DNA of 64,000 nt from the IMG/VR virus record IMGVR_UViG_3300009509_000003. One strand, written 5' to 3'. Below the pieces are notes generated by a model. The model was given only the letters and a program-made list of their open reading frames with translations. It was not told the DNA's origin and made no database searches. The DNA is from an uncultured virus (IMG/VR IMGVR_UViG_3300009509_000003) (lineage: Duplodnaviria > Heunggongvirae > Uroviricota > Caudoviricetes). This document shows positions 52,817-63,135 of the stretch, piece by piece (position 1 is the first letter of the stretch; each line of letters begins with the position of its first letter). Position numbers and translations under genes: made by a program.

Positions 52817-53299
52817 TCAGCTCCTATTCGCGTTTATCTTCACGGTGAAAGTTCGCGACACTCCTGGACTCTTGTCCACTAGCGGAAACGTCCCATAGGC
52901 TACCATCTCGCTGGCAGAGTTGAACAGCCCGATCTCGTACAGGTCCAAAGTCGTTGCCGGCGGCTCCAGTGAATCGAGAAAGCACGTCACCTCTAACGTC
53001 GTATTCCCCGAGTACGCGAAGTCCGTCCCCGTCAGCGCCTTCGAGTATGTGCCTCTCGACGTGACTGGGTAATCGCTCGGATTCTCGATGCAGTCGAGAT
53101 CGGTCAGCACAGGACCACGATTGTTCCCAGCTCCGGGGTCTGTAGGGTCTCGAGGAACGTTTCCACCGGGAGTGCTCTCCCAACCACCCTCTCCAACTTT
53201 GAACGACGTGATGTCCGTAAGAGTGGTAGTTTGCCCCCACCCCTCCATGAGTCTCTGTCGCCCGATGTCCGTTATCACCGCTACAATATTCGTTGGCAT
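52817..53299 (-). CDS. tail-collar fibre protein (P2 gpH N-terminal-like)
   Basis: ITDIGRQRL...FKVGEG...EIGLFN....VAYG.FP..DK. Confidence 0.75.
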   Translation of the reverse strand: MPTNIVAVITDIGRQRLMEGWGQTTTLTDITSFKVGEGGWESTPGGNVPRDPTDPGAGNNRGPVLTDLDCIENPSDYPVTSRGTYSKALTGTDFAYSGNTTLEVTCFLDSLEPPATTLDLYEIGLFNSASEMVAYGTFPLVDKSPGVSRTFTVKINANRS

Positions 53300-53306
53300 C
53301 TCTACC

Positions 53307-56168
53307 TCACGGAGGATCTGGGGCGTCCACCGTCGCCGTCAAATTCAGACTGGCGTTCGACTCCACCCCGTAGTCTTCTATTATTTCTACATGCTTCGGC
53401 CTCACCTGAGCAAGCCGCAAGCGAAGGCGATCAAATCCCTTCTCCATCAAGTAGGGCGTGCTCGCCTCGATCAGCACTTTGTTGGACCTGCAATAGCTAC
53501 AGTCCGACTCTTCCGGGCAGATGTACTCCAATGTCGCAGTGCCTGTTGCGGGTGCGTTAGTCGCCACCACAGTCGCTCGATACGAAAATATCGCCCATAT
53601 CAGCGAACCATTATTCGCATCCGGAACCGTCGGGCTGTCGTAGGGCGCTAAATCCACATTGTTTGCATCGACAAAGGTCTCGATCACGAACATTCGGTTG
53701 TTACCCGACCCACTCTCACTGATGATTATTCGTTTTCCCTCATCAGCCGAAGTGAATGTAGCCGAGGTCGAGGTAAATCTCCGGGTAGCGCTGAGCTGAC
53801 CGTCCGTGCCGGTGGCGTCCGGATCGAGTATCTCCCACTCAATAGAGCCATTATTGGCGTCCGTGGTTAGGAGTTGCGACGAGTCCAATTCTAACGCGCC
53901 GCCCGTATACGTGGCGTCTATGAGCCACGCTTTGCTATTCGAGGGATCGGCCGTATTCCACGTCACCAGCACCTTTCCAACTTCTGCCGCAGTGAATGTG
54001 TGAGTCGCCGACGCGAACACGTTATCGGGAGAACTGAATGTCAATTCCCCATCCGATCCACTGTAGTCTCGATGAAGGGTCGGAACGCTCTCGAGGAAGT
54101 GACCAATCGACCCGCTATCTGTCAGCTTCCAGAACCCTCCTCCCAGTCCGATTGCTACCTCGAAATCACCCCTCCCAACGATGGTGTAAGACTGCGGAAA
54201 CGCCGACGCTCCCGCGGGGTCTACGCTCGTGATGAAGAGTCGGCCGTCCCCTGTAATCGGCGGCACCTGGGCGGCTCGCCACGCAGCATCCCCAGGACCT
54301 ATGAGCGTGCTCCACGGGGACGGAGATTGCTCCCAGCAGTATTTATCTGCAGTGAAGACGGCCGCCGTCTTCAGATAGGTCATCAAATCGGCGTTTATTT
54401 CGTCATAGACAGGAAGCGTCGGAACCTGCTCGGAGTAGAGCCGCACCACATGCCACGTGATCGAGCCGTTATTACCATCTGCAGACCCGGTCATAGCATC
54501 CGAGGGCCGAAATTCAACTGTGTTTGCGTCGATAATCGAAGCAATCGTCCGCATGCCGTCGTTTGTCGATCCAGATGTCCCTGTTACATCGATCTGTCGA
54601 CCAATATCTCCAATCCAGAACTGTGCGGTCGGAGAGGAGAACCGAACGAGGCTACCGACGATATTCAGGCTCCCATCTGTGCCGTATCGCCCCTCGCCCG
54701 CCTCCCCCACTTTGTAGGTCGTTCCTCCCGCCGCCACCGACGATAGGTAGATTTCTAGGTTGACGCGATAAAGACCGGTCGCGCTGGCGGTGAAACCAGT
54801 CAGCTCGGCCAGATACTTGTACGCATCCTCGTGACCTTTGATGCCGGACCATCTAGGGACCGACTCCACCCAGCGGCGCTGCCACTCCTCTTCTTCCCGG
54901 TTGTCGATTTCGACGCCAAAATCCTGCGCGAGGAACTGGATGAGGTTCGGCGCGCGGACTTCCACCTGTGTCTCGTCCCCGATTGTGGTCGCTTCTCTCA
55001 GCTCCCAGTGGAAATCCGAAGTGACCGCAGTCGTGAACGAGGGCGACACCCCGACCTTTGTAGCGGAAGCCACAGAAGTTACTTCGTAGTCTCCGTTATC
55101 CGCATTTCCAGGCTTATGGATCGACAGGAGCTTTCCGATGTCGTCATCAGAAAATGCTCCAGAGTCAGCTGTGAACTCAGTCGCGCTCGCCACCACCCCA
55201 TCTTCATTGCCCTGCTCAGCTGCTCCACGAAGCGTGGCCGTCCCCTGAAGAACCAACTCCGGGTCTCGTAAAAGAGCCCACACCAGCTCCCCAGTCGCCT
55301 CCACAACCAATTCGGTCGAGTCGAGAATGCACTCCGTCGTGCTCAGAACATCCACGATCTCGAATTTCCCCTGGTTCGTTCCCGGATAGATGGTATTAGA
55401 GAGCGTCAACTTCCTTCCAACGTCTCTCGAAGTAAGCGCGATAGTCGGCGACGAGAACCGGAGCGACGCGTTGATAGAACCGTCCGAACCCTCTCGTAGG
55501 GTGAGAAGCTTCCACTCTTCCGAGGCCGGCTTGAACTGCCGCCGCTCCAAAATGGTGAAGTCCGTATATCCGTCCGAGAGAATCCATCCGGGTGTGATGT
55601 CATCAACGTACCCGCCAACAATAGTTATTCGAGTCTCTGTAACCTTCGAAGCGTCTATCGGTCGCAGCTCCCATCGAAGGGGCCCGCCATCCGGATAGAG
55701 CGGGGGATTCGTCAAAAGCTCGGTTGGGCTGATGTAGTTTGTAACGATCACCGAGGCGTTGTTGGTCTCTGTCGCCGAACCCGAAATCGTCAGCTCTTTC
55801 CCAATGTCCGCGTATGTGAAGCGCCCCCTTGGTGCCGTGAAAACGTTGATCGAGGACACGGTAGCCAGCACACCGCTCTGCTGCACCGGCTCTTTGATCA
55901 CGCTGATCGTTCCCACACGAATGAAGGCGGTCTCGTCGTAGCGCGTCCGCACCGCTCTCGGATCTCTGAGATCGGCAAATGCGGCGATCTTGCGTCGAAG
56001 GTTCTCGAACGACACTCCCTGTGCTTCGGCATAGAGCCTGAAGGGGTAGCCTTCGTCGGCGTCTTTCGTTCGATAGACCTCGGGGGCTGTCTCGTAGAGG
56101 ACTCTGAGAGCCCAGTCGAAGACACCGAAGTCATAGTCACCGAAAGCTCCTCCACCGAATCCAGGCAC
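53307..56168 (-). CDS. baseplate wedge protein (P2 gpI-like) with six inserted beta repeats
   Basis: LIQFLAQDFG...IKGH...; C-terminal VRPKHV; repeats G.DG...F....F...D.GK...N.G...W. Confidence 0.7.
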   Translation of the reverse strand: MPGFGGGAFGDYDFGVFDWALRVLYETAPEVYRTKDADEGYPFRLYAEAQGVSFENLRRKIAAFADLRDPRAVRTRYDETAFIRVGTISVIKEPVQQSGVLATVSSINVFTAPRGRFTYADIGKELTISGSATETNNASVIVTNYISPTELLTNPPLYPDGGPLRWELRPIDASKVTETRITIVGGYVDDITPGWILSDGYTDFTILERRQFKPASEEWKLLTLREGSDGSINASLRFSSPTIALTSRDVGRKLTLSNTIYPGTNQGKFEIVDVLSTTECILDSTELVVEATGELVWALLRDPELVLQGTATLRGAAEQGNEDGVVASATEFTADSGAFSDDDIGKLLSIHKPGNADNGDYEVTSVASATKVGVSPSFTTAVTSDFHWELREATTIGDETQVEVRAPNLIQFLAQDFGVEIDNREEEEWQRRWVESVPRWSGIKGHEDAYKYLAELTGFTASATGLYRVNLEIYLSSVAAGGTTYKVGEAGEGRYGTDGSLNIVGSLVRFSSPTAQFWIGDIGRQIDVTGTSGSTNDGMRTIASIIDANTVEFRPSDAMTGSADGNNGSITWHVVRLYSEQVPTLPVYDEINADLMTYLKTAAVFTADKYCWEQSPSPWSTLIGPGDAAWRAAQVPPITGDGRLFITSVDPAGASAFPQSYTIVGRGDFEVAIGLGGGFWKLTDSGSIGHFLESVPTLHRDYSGSDGELTFSSPDNVFASATHTFTAAEVGKVLVTWNTADPSNSKAWLIDATYTGGALELDSSQLLTTDANNGSIEWEILDPDATGTDGQLSATRRFTSTSATFTSADEGKRIIISESGSGNNRMFVIETFVDANNVDLAPYDSPTVPDANNGSLIWAIFSYRATVVATNAPATGTATLEYICPEESDCSYCRSNKVLIEASTPYLMEKGFDRLRLRLAQVRPKHVEIIEDYGVESNASLNLTATVDAPDPP

Positions 56169-56182
56169 CGCTCACATCCTCT

Positions 56183-56461
56183 CTATGCCGACTGATACGT
56201 TATCATCTCGACGCGATAATTCGTACAGTCCCCGAACGATCCCGGTCCAGGGTACGAAGCTCCCGTAGGGTCCGGCTCGTCCGTCACCCAGTATACCCAC
56301 TCGAGGGTGATGGTGTACCAGGCTTTATTCTGGTATCTCGCCGTCAGCTCGCCACCGCCCCCATAAGGATCAACCATCTCATAGTCCTGGGCAACAACGG
56401 CGTCTCCGTAGTCGATAGGCGTTATCGGGGAGTAATCCTGTGCTATTAATTCGACCGCCAT
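56183..56461 (-). CDS. hypothetical structural protein
   Basis: ORF within tail operon. Confidence 0.55.
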   Translation of the reverse strand: MAVELIAQDYSPITPIDYGDAVVAQDYEMVDPYGGGGELTARYQNKAWYTITLEWVYWVTDEPDPTGASYPGPGSFGDCTNYRVEMITYQSA

Positions 56462-56721
56462 TACGACACCCTGTACAAATCGTAGACACCGACCGATCCG
56501 CCGTAGTCAAATTGAACAGTCACATACTCCCCAACTTCCAGTTGCTCGTGGGTGTACGACTCCAACAGAGAGTCATCTACGTGATAGTTCAGCACGTCGT
56601 CGAAATAGGCGCTGTTCTCGTCTACCAGCTCTCCGAGTATTCCCAGAGACGTGATGACTCCCTCTTCGTCCCTCATGGGGCGCCGACCGTGCGTAGGCCT
56701 ATGCAGAAAAATGAACGTCAT
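56461..56721 (-). CDS. hypothetical protein
   Basis: start MTFIFLH, SD GAGGAG. Confidence 0.5.
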   Translation of the reverse strand: MTFIFLHRPTHGRRPMRDEEGVITSLGILGELVDENSAYFDDVLNYHVDDSLLESYTHEQLEVGEYVTVQFDYGGSVGVYDLYRVS

Positions 56722-56731
56722 CTCAATCTCC

Positions 56732-58378
56732 TCATACGCTGACACCCATCCACTTCCACACGAGGCCGTTACACAGATGGAAGTAGCCGTTGCTGTCAAA
56801 CGTCGCCCACTCCGTCATGTTCGCCCTGGTATAGAACAACGCGCTCTCTCGGTCAGCCTCGTACTCCCCATAGGCGTACATCTCGTTGTCGATGTCTCGA
56901 CAAACCAGCAAAGGTATGATCCATTCATTGGTGCTGAAGGGGTTTGCCTTGGAGTCCACATCGTCGACAATCGAGACCGGATCGATGTTCAGCACACCAA
57001 CGGTGCACCTCGACATTCTCTTCCCATCGGCATTCCCGCAGTGACCATAATAGCCAAATCCAGCGTTCGTGTTGACAAACACACCCTGTTCGCTCCCCGA
57101 TATCGACGGAGCTAGAACAGCAAATCGTTCCACCTCGTCATAGTCAGCATCGTCGCTCAAATACCCCATTACAGCATAGGGGTAGAGATACCCTGCCAAC
57201 TCGTCTATTCGAGCAGCAAAAGCAAAGAAACTCCCATCCCCAGCCACCATAGCGTAGAGGCGATGAGTGTAGGTTCCAGTATACGACGGAATCGAAGTGT
57301 AGGTGCTCGCTGACTGGTTTATTCCGTAACCACTGAGGGCCCCACCACCGTTGTAAGGACAGTCGTTCGGAGACGCCATATTGTAGACGATCTTTGCCGT
57401 TGTGTACGACCCACAATACAATCTGAAGAAGCACCGCCATTTTGAAGCGTGCGGAGACTCCATGACGACGCGAGACCCCTCCACAGCATAGGTGTCCTCT
57501 GTCATCGTCGCCGCGCTCGAAACCGGAGGAATGAACAGCCTCCAAGCTAGATCTTGCGACGTGGTATTTGTCAGAGTCTCTGAACCGCCGACCCGTAGGT
57601 CGAGGACCGCGTTCGTCCCGTTGAGACTGATGATCTTATATACCCCAGAGTTTCCCAAATTGTCAGGGTCATAAATAGCTAGGAATTTGTTCAAGTCTCC
57701 GGAATCGAAGTCATAAGCAGCAGACTCGAATTCGTCCCCATTGACCACATCTCCGTCTGTGCCAGTCTCATAGGCACTGTCCTCCCAGTAGCTCCGATAG
57801 GCGTTAGCATCGTCGATGTGAATGAACCCTTGGGTGTTGTTGTTGTCGAGGATTTTGAAATAGTTGTTCGCGGTCGCAGAGCGTGCGTAGGAGAATTTGT
57901 ACATCGTCCACACGCCGCCGTTGTCTGGAATCGAGCCAATGGAGGCGAAACTTCCCCCTCCATTGTCCACCTGGACATCCCACGAAGCCCCCGAATCGTT
58001 GGAAGCCCAAAGCAGCACATAAAAAGTGTTGCTCGTCGTTCCCCACGCTGACCACGCCGAACTTTGCACCCCGTCTCCAGAGGCAGCAGACGTGATTTTT
58101 AGGGACTGCGCAGCTTGGTGTTTGGTGGTTTTGTCTTTTGCGAGAGTTGCTGTTCCGATGGCTGTCCAAGAGGTTGTCCCACTCGCTTCCATATCGCCAT
58201 CGGAAAGAGAGTCAACGCTACCATAGGAATCTCCTAGGCCGTTCCCCTCATACAACACTGTCCATCCCATGACGCGCAGGAAGTTGAAGAAGGCGATGAA
58301 AGCCTCCCAATATCCGAACTCGTAATTCCCGTGACCATTCCGAACGAAGGGCTGAGCATCTCTGACATAGTGCAACAT
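56732..58378 (-). CDS. virion structural protein with CBM-like module
   Basis: DGDME....W...HIDDA module plus one copy of the wedge repeat. Confidence 0.7.
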   Translation of the reverse strand: MLHYVRDAQPFVRNGHGNYEFGYWEAFIAFFNFLRVMGWTVLYEGNGLGDSYGSVDSLSDGDMEASGTTSWTAIGTATLAKDKTTKHQAAQSLKITSAASGDGVQSSAWSAWGTTSNTFYVLLWASNDSGASWDVQVDNGGGSFASIGSIPDNGGVWTMYKFSYARSATANNYFKILDNNNTQGFIHIDDANAYRSYWEDSAYETGTDGDVVNGDEFESAAYDFDSGDLNKFLAIYDPDNLGNSGVYKIISLNGTNAVLDLRVGGSETLTNTTSQDLAWRLFIPPVSSAATMTEDTYAVEGSRVVMESPHASKWRCFFRLYCGSYTTAKIVYNMASPNDCPYNGGGALSGYGINQSASTYTSIPSYTGTYTHRLYAMVAGDGSFFAFAARIDELAGYLYPYAVMGYLSDDADYDEVERFAVLAPSISGSEQGVFVNTNAGFGYYGHCGNADGKRMSRCTVGVLNIDPVSIVDDVDSKANPFSTNEWIIPLLVCRDIDNEMYAYGEYEADRESALFYTRANMTEWATFDSNGYFHLCNGLVWKWMGVSV

Positions 58379-58387
58379 GTCGTCTCC

Positions 58388-59500
58388 TTAGTAGATGTGC
58401 ATCGGGGGGTCATTAGGTCCGTTCATGGGAAAACAGATCCCGTTTCCCACGTGACGCCACAATCCAGCGCTCCCGACAGGTCGAAGCACTTCCCAGTATT
58501 TGTTGGTAAGCCGAATTGTTCCAACCTTCCCGCGGGGATATCCTCCGTTAGCATCTCCATTGTACACCCACGGTTTTTCCAGCTTCGCCTTATGCCCAAC
58601 ACTCCGACAATTTAGATCCATTTGTCGAAAATCCGCAGACTGATACTCGTTAGAGGCTCTGGACAATCCCGCAAACTTGAAGGCCAGCGCCGCTGGTGTG
58701 TGGTCGATCATGTAAACATTGATATCGTTGTAGGTATCGGCTGCCACGGTTATCGCTACCCACACATCTTCAAACATGTATCCGGGATAGGTGTCACCAG
58801 ACGCTGCTCCTTCAAGCTCTCCATAAACAACATACGCCAAGTTATACGATGGGGTTGACGCGTAGAACACGGCCTCTGGGCCGTCCCCGCTGAAGTAGGC
58901 GTTGAGATACCCATCAGTCGCAGTGTACGAAACCTGAAACGTCGTCGTGTCCGTTCCCACGTTATGCCCTCCAGACATACCGTCTGGATAGCACTGGAGA
59001 TAGAGATTGTAACCATTCTGTGTATAAAATCGTGGCTCGTTCGTTCCAGATGGAGGAATCATAGAAAAAGTGTTGTTGTTGGCTATGGGGTCCCCGTTCC
59101 CGCTCTCGAAAAGCCTCCCGCTTATTCCAGTCTCCGTGGTCCACCCGTCTGGGGGTGGATTGCGAACCTCGATCTCGTTGTCGTTCAGGATTTTGAAAAT
59201 CCGGTAGACACCGCGATTCTCATCATTCGCAGCGAGCAGCGTAATCAGATAGTTCGTGTTGAGAGCGCTGAATCCTCCCGTAGTCGAGGTGATTCTCGCC
59301 GCCGACGATGAGCTGACAGCGCAGTCCGAGAGGGCGAGCACAATGTTGTTGTCGTATTCGGTCTTGTTGGTAAACGTACCATCGGTCCATCTACCGGCCA
59401 GAAACATCTCGCGGATGACTACCAAACTCCTAGACCAAAATAGGTAGCCAGCCCATCCGGAGTTCCCAACATACAAGTCTCTTATGTGAATCCCTGCCAT
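58388..59500 (-). CDS. virion structural protein
   Basis: N/T/Y-rich; partial wedge repeat NRGVYRI; ends similar to its neighbour. Confidence 0.65.
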   Translation of the reverse strand: MAGIHIRDLYVGNSGWAGYLFWSRSLVVIREMFLAGRWTDGTFTNKTEYDNNIVLALSDCAVSSSSAARITSTTGGFSALNTNYLITLLAANDENRGVYRIFKILNDNEIEVRNPPPDGWTTETGISGRLFESGNGDPIANNNTFSMIPPSGTNEPRFYTQNGYNLYLQCYPDGMSGGHNVGTDTTTFQVSYTATDGYLNAYFSGDGPEAVFYASTPSYNLAYVVYGELEGAASGDTYPGYMFEDVWVAITVAADTYNDINVYMIDHTPAALAFKFAGLSRASNEYQSADFRQMDLNCRSVGHKAKLEKPWVYNGDANGGYPRGKVGTIRLTNKYWEVLRPVGSAGLWRHVGNGICFPMNGPNDPPMHIY

Positions 59501-59503
59501 CTT

Positions 59504-60376
59504 CTACCTCAGACTTATCCCGGCCGAACCGACATAGACCGTGTCGTTCGCCTGTGAGCTTTGATACACCGTCAACTCGTACATTCGGGGCTCGTTCGCG
59601 ATCTGCCCCGCGGCTGGAGACGCCCCGACCACGATCGTGTCGTCCTCATTATGCCACACTCCGCTGGCCGAGCGCGTCAAGGTGCTGATGAGCGTCGGCG
59701 TCGCGTACACGGGAGGATCGGCCTCGCCTATGTCGTAGAGCTTGACACTGGCCGATCCGGCCACTCCGAATTGGGGGTTCCACGTCGCTCGGAAGACCGG
59801 CGTCCGCTCGCTCAGCTTCGAGCCGTCCAAGACACCATACCCCATCGTCTCCTCGATAGGGGTCGCCTGTTGAGTGTAGGAGTAGTTCGTCGCCCAGTCG
59901 TACTCCCCGCTCACCCACTGGTTCGCGCCGAGATCGATCACGGAAGCCCCACTCGGCATCACCAGACCGTTACGCCAGTAGAGTTTGTCTCCCACGCGCA
60001 CGACCAGAAGTAGCGCCGTGTCCGTCGACGGAACTTGATTCGCCACTACGGGAGTAGCTACGATGTTGTTCGTTGGATATCGAGTGAGGTTCAGATAGAG
60101 GAGCTGTCCATCATCGAGAGTCACAGAACCTGCTTCCGCGCGTATCTGAAATCCAGCGATCATGGAAACAACTCGTATTGGGGCGCTCCACGATAGAGCG
60201 CTGCCCGTGGCATTCCAAGAGACCGTCCCACCTCCGGCGAGTATGAGCTGACGATCTTCGCGATGCGAGTAGGCGGAGAAGTCCACTGCTCCGACAAACG
60301 CTTTGAACGCCTCGTACCAGTTCTGCACGTTCTCAGTCGGGTAGGGCCATTGCATTCGATCACTGTTCGGCATCAC
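59504..60376 (-). CDS. virion structural protein
   Basis: beta-rich 290 aa within tail operon. Confidence 0.65.
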   Translation of the reverse strand: MMPNSDRMQWPYPTENVQNWYEAFKAFVGAVDFSAYSHREDRQLILAGGGTVSWNATGSALSWSAPIRVVSMIAGFQIRAEAGSVTLDDGQLLYLNLTRYPTNNIVATPVVANQVPSTDTALLLVVRVGDKLYWRNGLVMPSGASVIDLGANQWVSGEYDWATNYSYTQQATPIEETMGYGVLDGSKLSERTPVFRATWNPQFGVAGSASVKLYDIGEADPPVYATPTLISTLTRSASGVWHNEDDTIVVGASPAAGQIANEPRMYELTVYQSSQANDTVYVGSAGISLR

Positions 60377-60382
60377 CTTCTC

Positions 60383-61612
60383 CTAGAACAAGAAGTTGTC
60401 CGTCTCCAAGAACCTTATGAAATCTACGCCAGCCACTCCGAGACCTGGCAACGATGTGGAGTCATTTCGCGTAAATATTCCAACATGACCCATGGTATTC
60501 GTTAGCGTCACGCTTCCCATATAGATCCAATTTCCGCCCGCCGTACCCACCCATCCGTGGTAGGTTGTCCCGATTTTGTGCAGAGCGACGTACTCAAGAG
60601 CTTGTCCTTGGGCATCGACATCGGTGGCGTAATTATCAGCAGAACCGCTACCCGCAGCGTAGAACCTAGCATACACATTGCCAGCGACATTGCTGTAGTT
60701 CAGATACATGTTTACATAACCAGCCCCAGTTGGTTCCCCAGATGAGTCTTGGCGAAATCGCAAACCGAGAGTCCGATCATTTATATCCATTGAGGAGTAG
60801 TATTGATTGAATTTCAGTCTTGCCATTACTAAAACATTTGTAGGAAATGTATAGGTTTTACCAAGAAACAGACCTTCCTGGTCTGTACCCTGCATCAACA
60901 ACCACGACCTTCGAGATGGCGGGTTTAGAGAGTACCTAATATCATTTCCAGAATACGACCCATCGTAAGCATCGAGTCCCGTAACTAGAGATTCATAAGC
61001 CAGCGTTACATGATTGTAGGCGTACCAACTAGCATCCAGGCTCGACCCATCGAATTCGTCATCCTCGGAGTTAGCCGTCACTGGTCTCTGCCACAGGTTC
61101 GCCACCTCGTAGCCAACGATGTCCCCAACCTCGAGCATTTTCTTGGCGTTCGCGGCCTCAGAGTCCTCGATGAGCGCCATGTCCGCCGCGACCACAGCGG
61201 TCTTTTCAGTAAGGGGAGAAATCTCTGCCGACACATCGCTGTGAATGGCAGCCGCGTCTAGAGCCGTTGGAAGTCCGCTGATGGGACTCTTCTTCTTGGC
61301 GAAGGAGGCCGCTGCATCTTCGAGCAGAACTACGTCTGCCGTGGTTGGCGTACCCTTCACCGTCAGCGCGTTGATCTCACCGGCCACGTCATCGTGGATC
61401 GCGTTCGGGTCCTCCATCGCTCTCGACCACACTGCGGCTCCAAGAGTAGCGGTTGTGCATTGGTATAGGGACTCCTTAGAGGAGACCCACGCGATGTCTC
61501 CGACCTCCAATGCAGAATCCTGCGTGGTCGCTCCGGACACATTAGGGAGATCGCTGGCTGCCGAGAACACGCCCCAGTATTCATGAAACGGTACTGGTGA
61601 TTTCAGAGCCAT
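60383..61612 (-). CDS. putative receptor-binding/fibre protein, paralog 3
   Basis: MALKSP N-terminus, two AIH..EI..LT.K repeats, EDDEFDG..LD..W ConA-like domain, ends GVDFIRFLETDNFLF. Confidence 0.7.
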   Translation of the reverse strand: MALKSPVPFHEYWGVFSAASDLPNVSGATTQDSALEVGDIAWVSSKESLYQCTTATLGAAVWSRAMEDPNAIHDDVAGEINALTVKGTPTTADVVLLEDAAASFAKKKSPISGLPTALDAAAIHSDVSAEISPLTEKTAVVAADMALIEDSEAANAKKMLEVGDIVGYEVANLWQRPVTANSEDDEFDGSSLDASWYAYNHVTLAYESLVTGLDAYDGSYSGNDIRYSLNPPSRRSWLLMQGTDQEGLFLGKTYTFPTNVLVMARLKFNQYYSSMDINDRTLGLRFRQDSSGEPTGAGYVNMYLNYSNVAGNVYARFYAAGSGSADNYATDVDAQGQALEYVALHKIGTTYHGWVGTAGGNWIYMGSVTLTNTMGHVGIFTRNDSTSLPGLGVAGVDFIRFLETDNFLF

Positions 61613-61622
61613 CGTCCCTCAC

Positions 61623-62855
61623 TCAAAACAAGAAGTTACTGGTCTCCAAAAACCGGATGAAATCAACACCAACAATCGATGATCCAGGAGCCGACGATAC
61701 GGCATTGTATAAAGTAAATCCTATACGAGCCATCGTAGAAGAGTGCGTAAAACTCCCCATATAGATCCAGTTACCCCCAGACGTTCCTACCCATCCGTGA
61801 TAAGTCGTTGCGATCTTGTGGATAGCCATATATTCAAGTGCCTGACCTTCCGTCGCCACATCAGTGGTAGTGTTTATCGCCGAAGGCGTCCCTCCTGTGT
61901 AGGCTAAAAATCTACAATATTGTACGCCACCTGGTCCGTGCATTTGCGCAGTCACAAAGTCCGAAGAACTTGGAACTCCTCCACCGAGGTCTGGAGCAAT
62001 AATAAATCCCAAAAGACCGTCAGATGTTGGATCTGTGTACCTCTGAAATATTCTCCCTCGCATAATCATCAGAAGGTTCGTCGGTACTGTTATGCCCTTC
62101 GTTATGTAGTACGTCTTAGTGTTCGACGGAGCTTGGAACAGTATCCATGACCGTCTTTCCGATCCGTTTTGGTTGGCCCGAACGACGTTCCCAGAAGTGA
62201 ATGTCGTATCGTAAGCGTCTACGGCTCCCGAACTTAGACTCCCATCAACATTATCAGTTACGTTCCGTACCAGCCACGAAGAATCTATTGTTCCACCATC
62301 GAATTCGTCGTCCTCGGAGTGTGCCGACGCTGGTGGGAACCACAGGTTGGACATCTCATCCCCTGGGGGCAGGTTCGCCGCCTGGATCATCTTCTTCGCG
62401 TCCGCCGCCTCAGAATCCTCGATAAGCATCTTGTCGGCGTCAACGAGCGTCGTCTTTTCCGTGAGAGCTGCGATCTCGCCGCTAATGTTGTCATGGATCG
62501 CCGATGGTTGCCGACCGTAGGGCAACGTACCGATGGTTGCCTTCTTCTTCGCGTAGGTCGCTGCGGCATCCTCGATGAGCACGAGGTCGGATGACGTGGG
62601 AGACGACTTCGCCGTTATCTGAGCAATCTCCCCCAATGAACTCGAATGTATGGCTCTCGGGTCCCGCTTCCATGACGCCGCTTCTGGCGTGGCGTCCGTA
62701 CACTGGTGCATCGTCGACAGAGAGGTCACGAAGGCAATGTCTCCGTCTCTGAGCGCTTCGGTCTGTGTTCCCGATCCCAACACGTTCGGAAGTGCCGCTG
62801 GGGTCGCGAATACACCCCAGTAGTTGTGGAAGACAGATGGAGACTTCAGAGCCAC
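61623..62855 (-). CDS. putative receptor-binding/fibre protein, paralog 2
   Basis: same architecture, ends GVDFIRFLETSNFLF. Confidence 0.7.
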   Translation of the reverse strand: MALKSPSVFHNYWGVFATPAALPNVLGSGTQTEALRDGDIAFVTSLSTMHQCTDATPEAASWKRDPRAIHSSSLGEIAQITAKSSPTSSDLVLIEDAAATYAKKKATIGTLPYGRQPSAIHDNISGEIAALTEKTTLVDADKMLIEDSEAADAKKMIQAANLPPGDEMSNLWFPPASAHSEDDEFDGGTIDSSWLVRNVTDNVDGSLSSGAVDAYDTTFTSGNVVRANQNGSERRSWILFQAPSNTKTYYITKGITVPTNLLMIMRGRIFQRYTDPTSDGLLGFIIAPDLGGGVPSSSDFVTAQMHGPGGVQYCRFLAYTGGTPSAINTTTDVATEGQALEYMAIHKIATTYHGWVGTSGGNWIYMGSFTHSSTMARIGFTLYNAVSSAPGSSIVGVDFIRFLETSNFLF

Positions 62856-63122
62856 TCAGACCTCCGTCTCCATCCGTGGGGGTCGTAAAAAGGTCGACGG
62901 ATCATCCGGGTCCGGAGCCGTCTCCGTCACCCTGATCCTTTTCTCATACAGGTCGGGCCACCCTCGCCACCCCTCGCCATTGGCAATCTCTTGCTCCTCA
63001 TCGTTCATCTCGTTAATGAGGTCAGCGATGGTGTCTACCAATCCCGAGTCATCGATCCCGTCTCTGCGCAGCAAACGCAGGTTGTCTGTCATAGTACGAA
63101 ATTCATCTAGCTTCGTCGTCAT
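62856..63122 (-). CDS. small acidic hypothetical protein
   Basis: 88 aa between paralogs, SD AGGAGG. Confidence 0.55.
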   Translation of the reverse strand: MTTKLDEFRTMTDNLRLLRRDGIDDSGLVDTIADLINEMNDEEQEIANGEGWRGWPDLYEKRIRVTETAPDPDDPSTFLRPPRMETEV

Positions 63123-63135
63123 CGCTCAAATCCTC

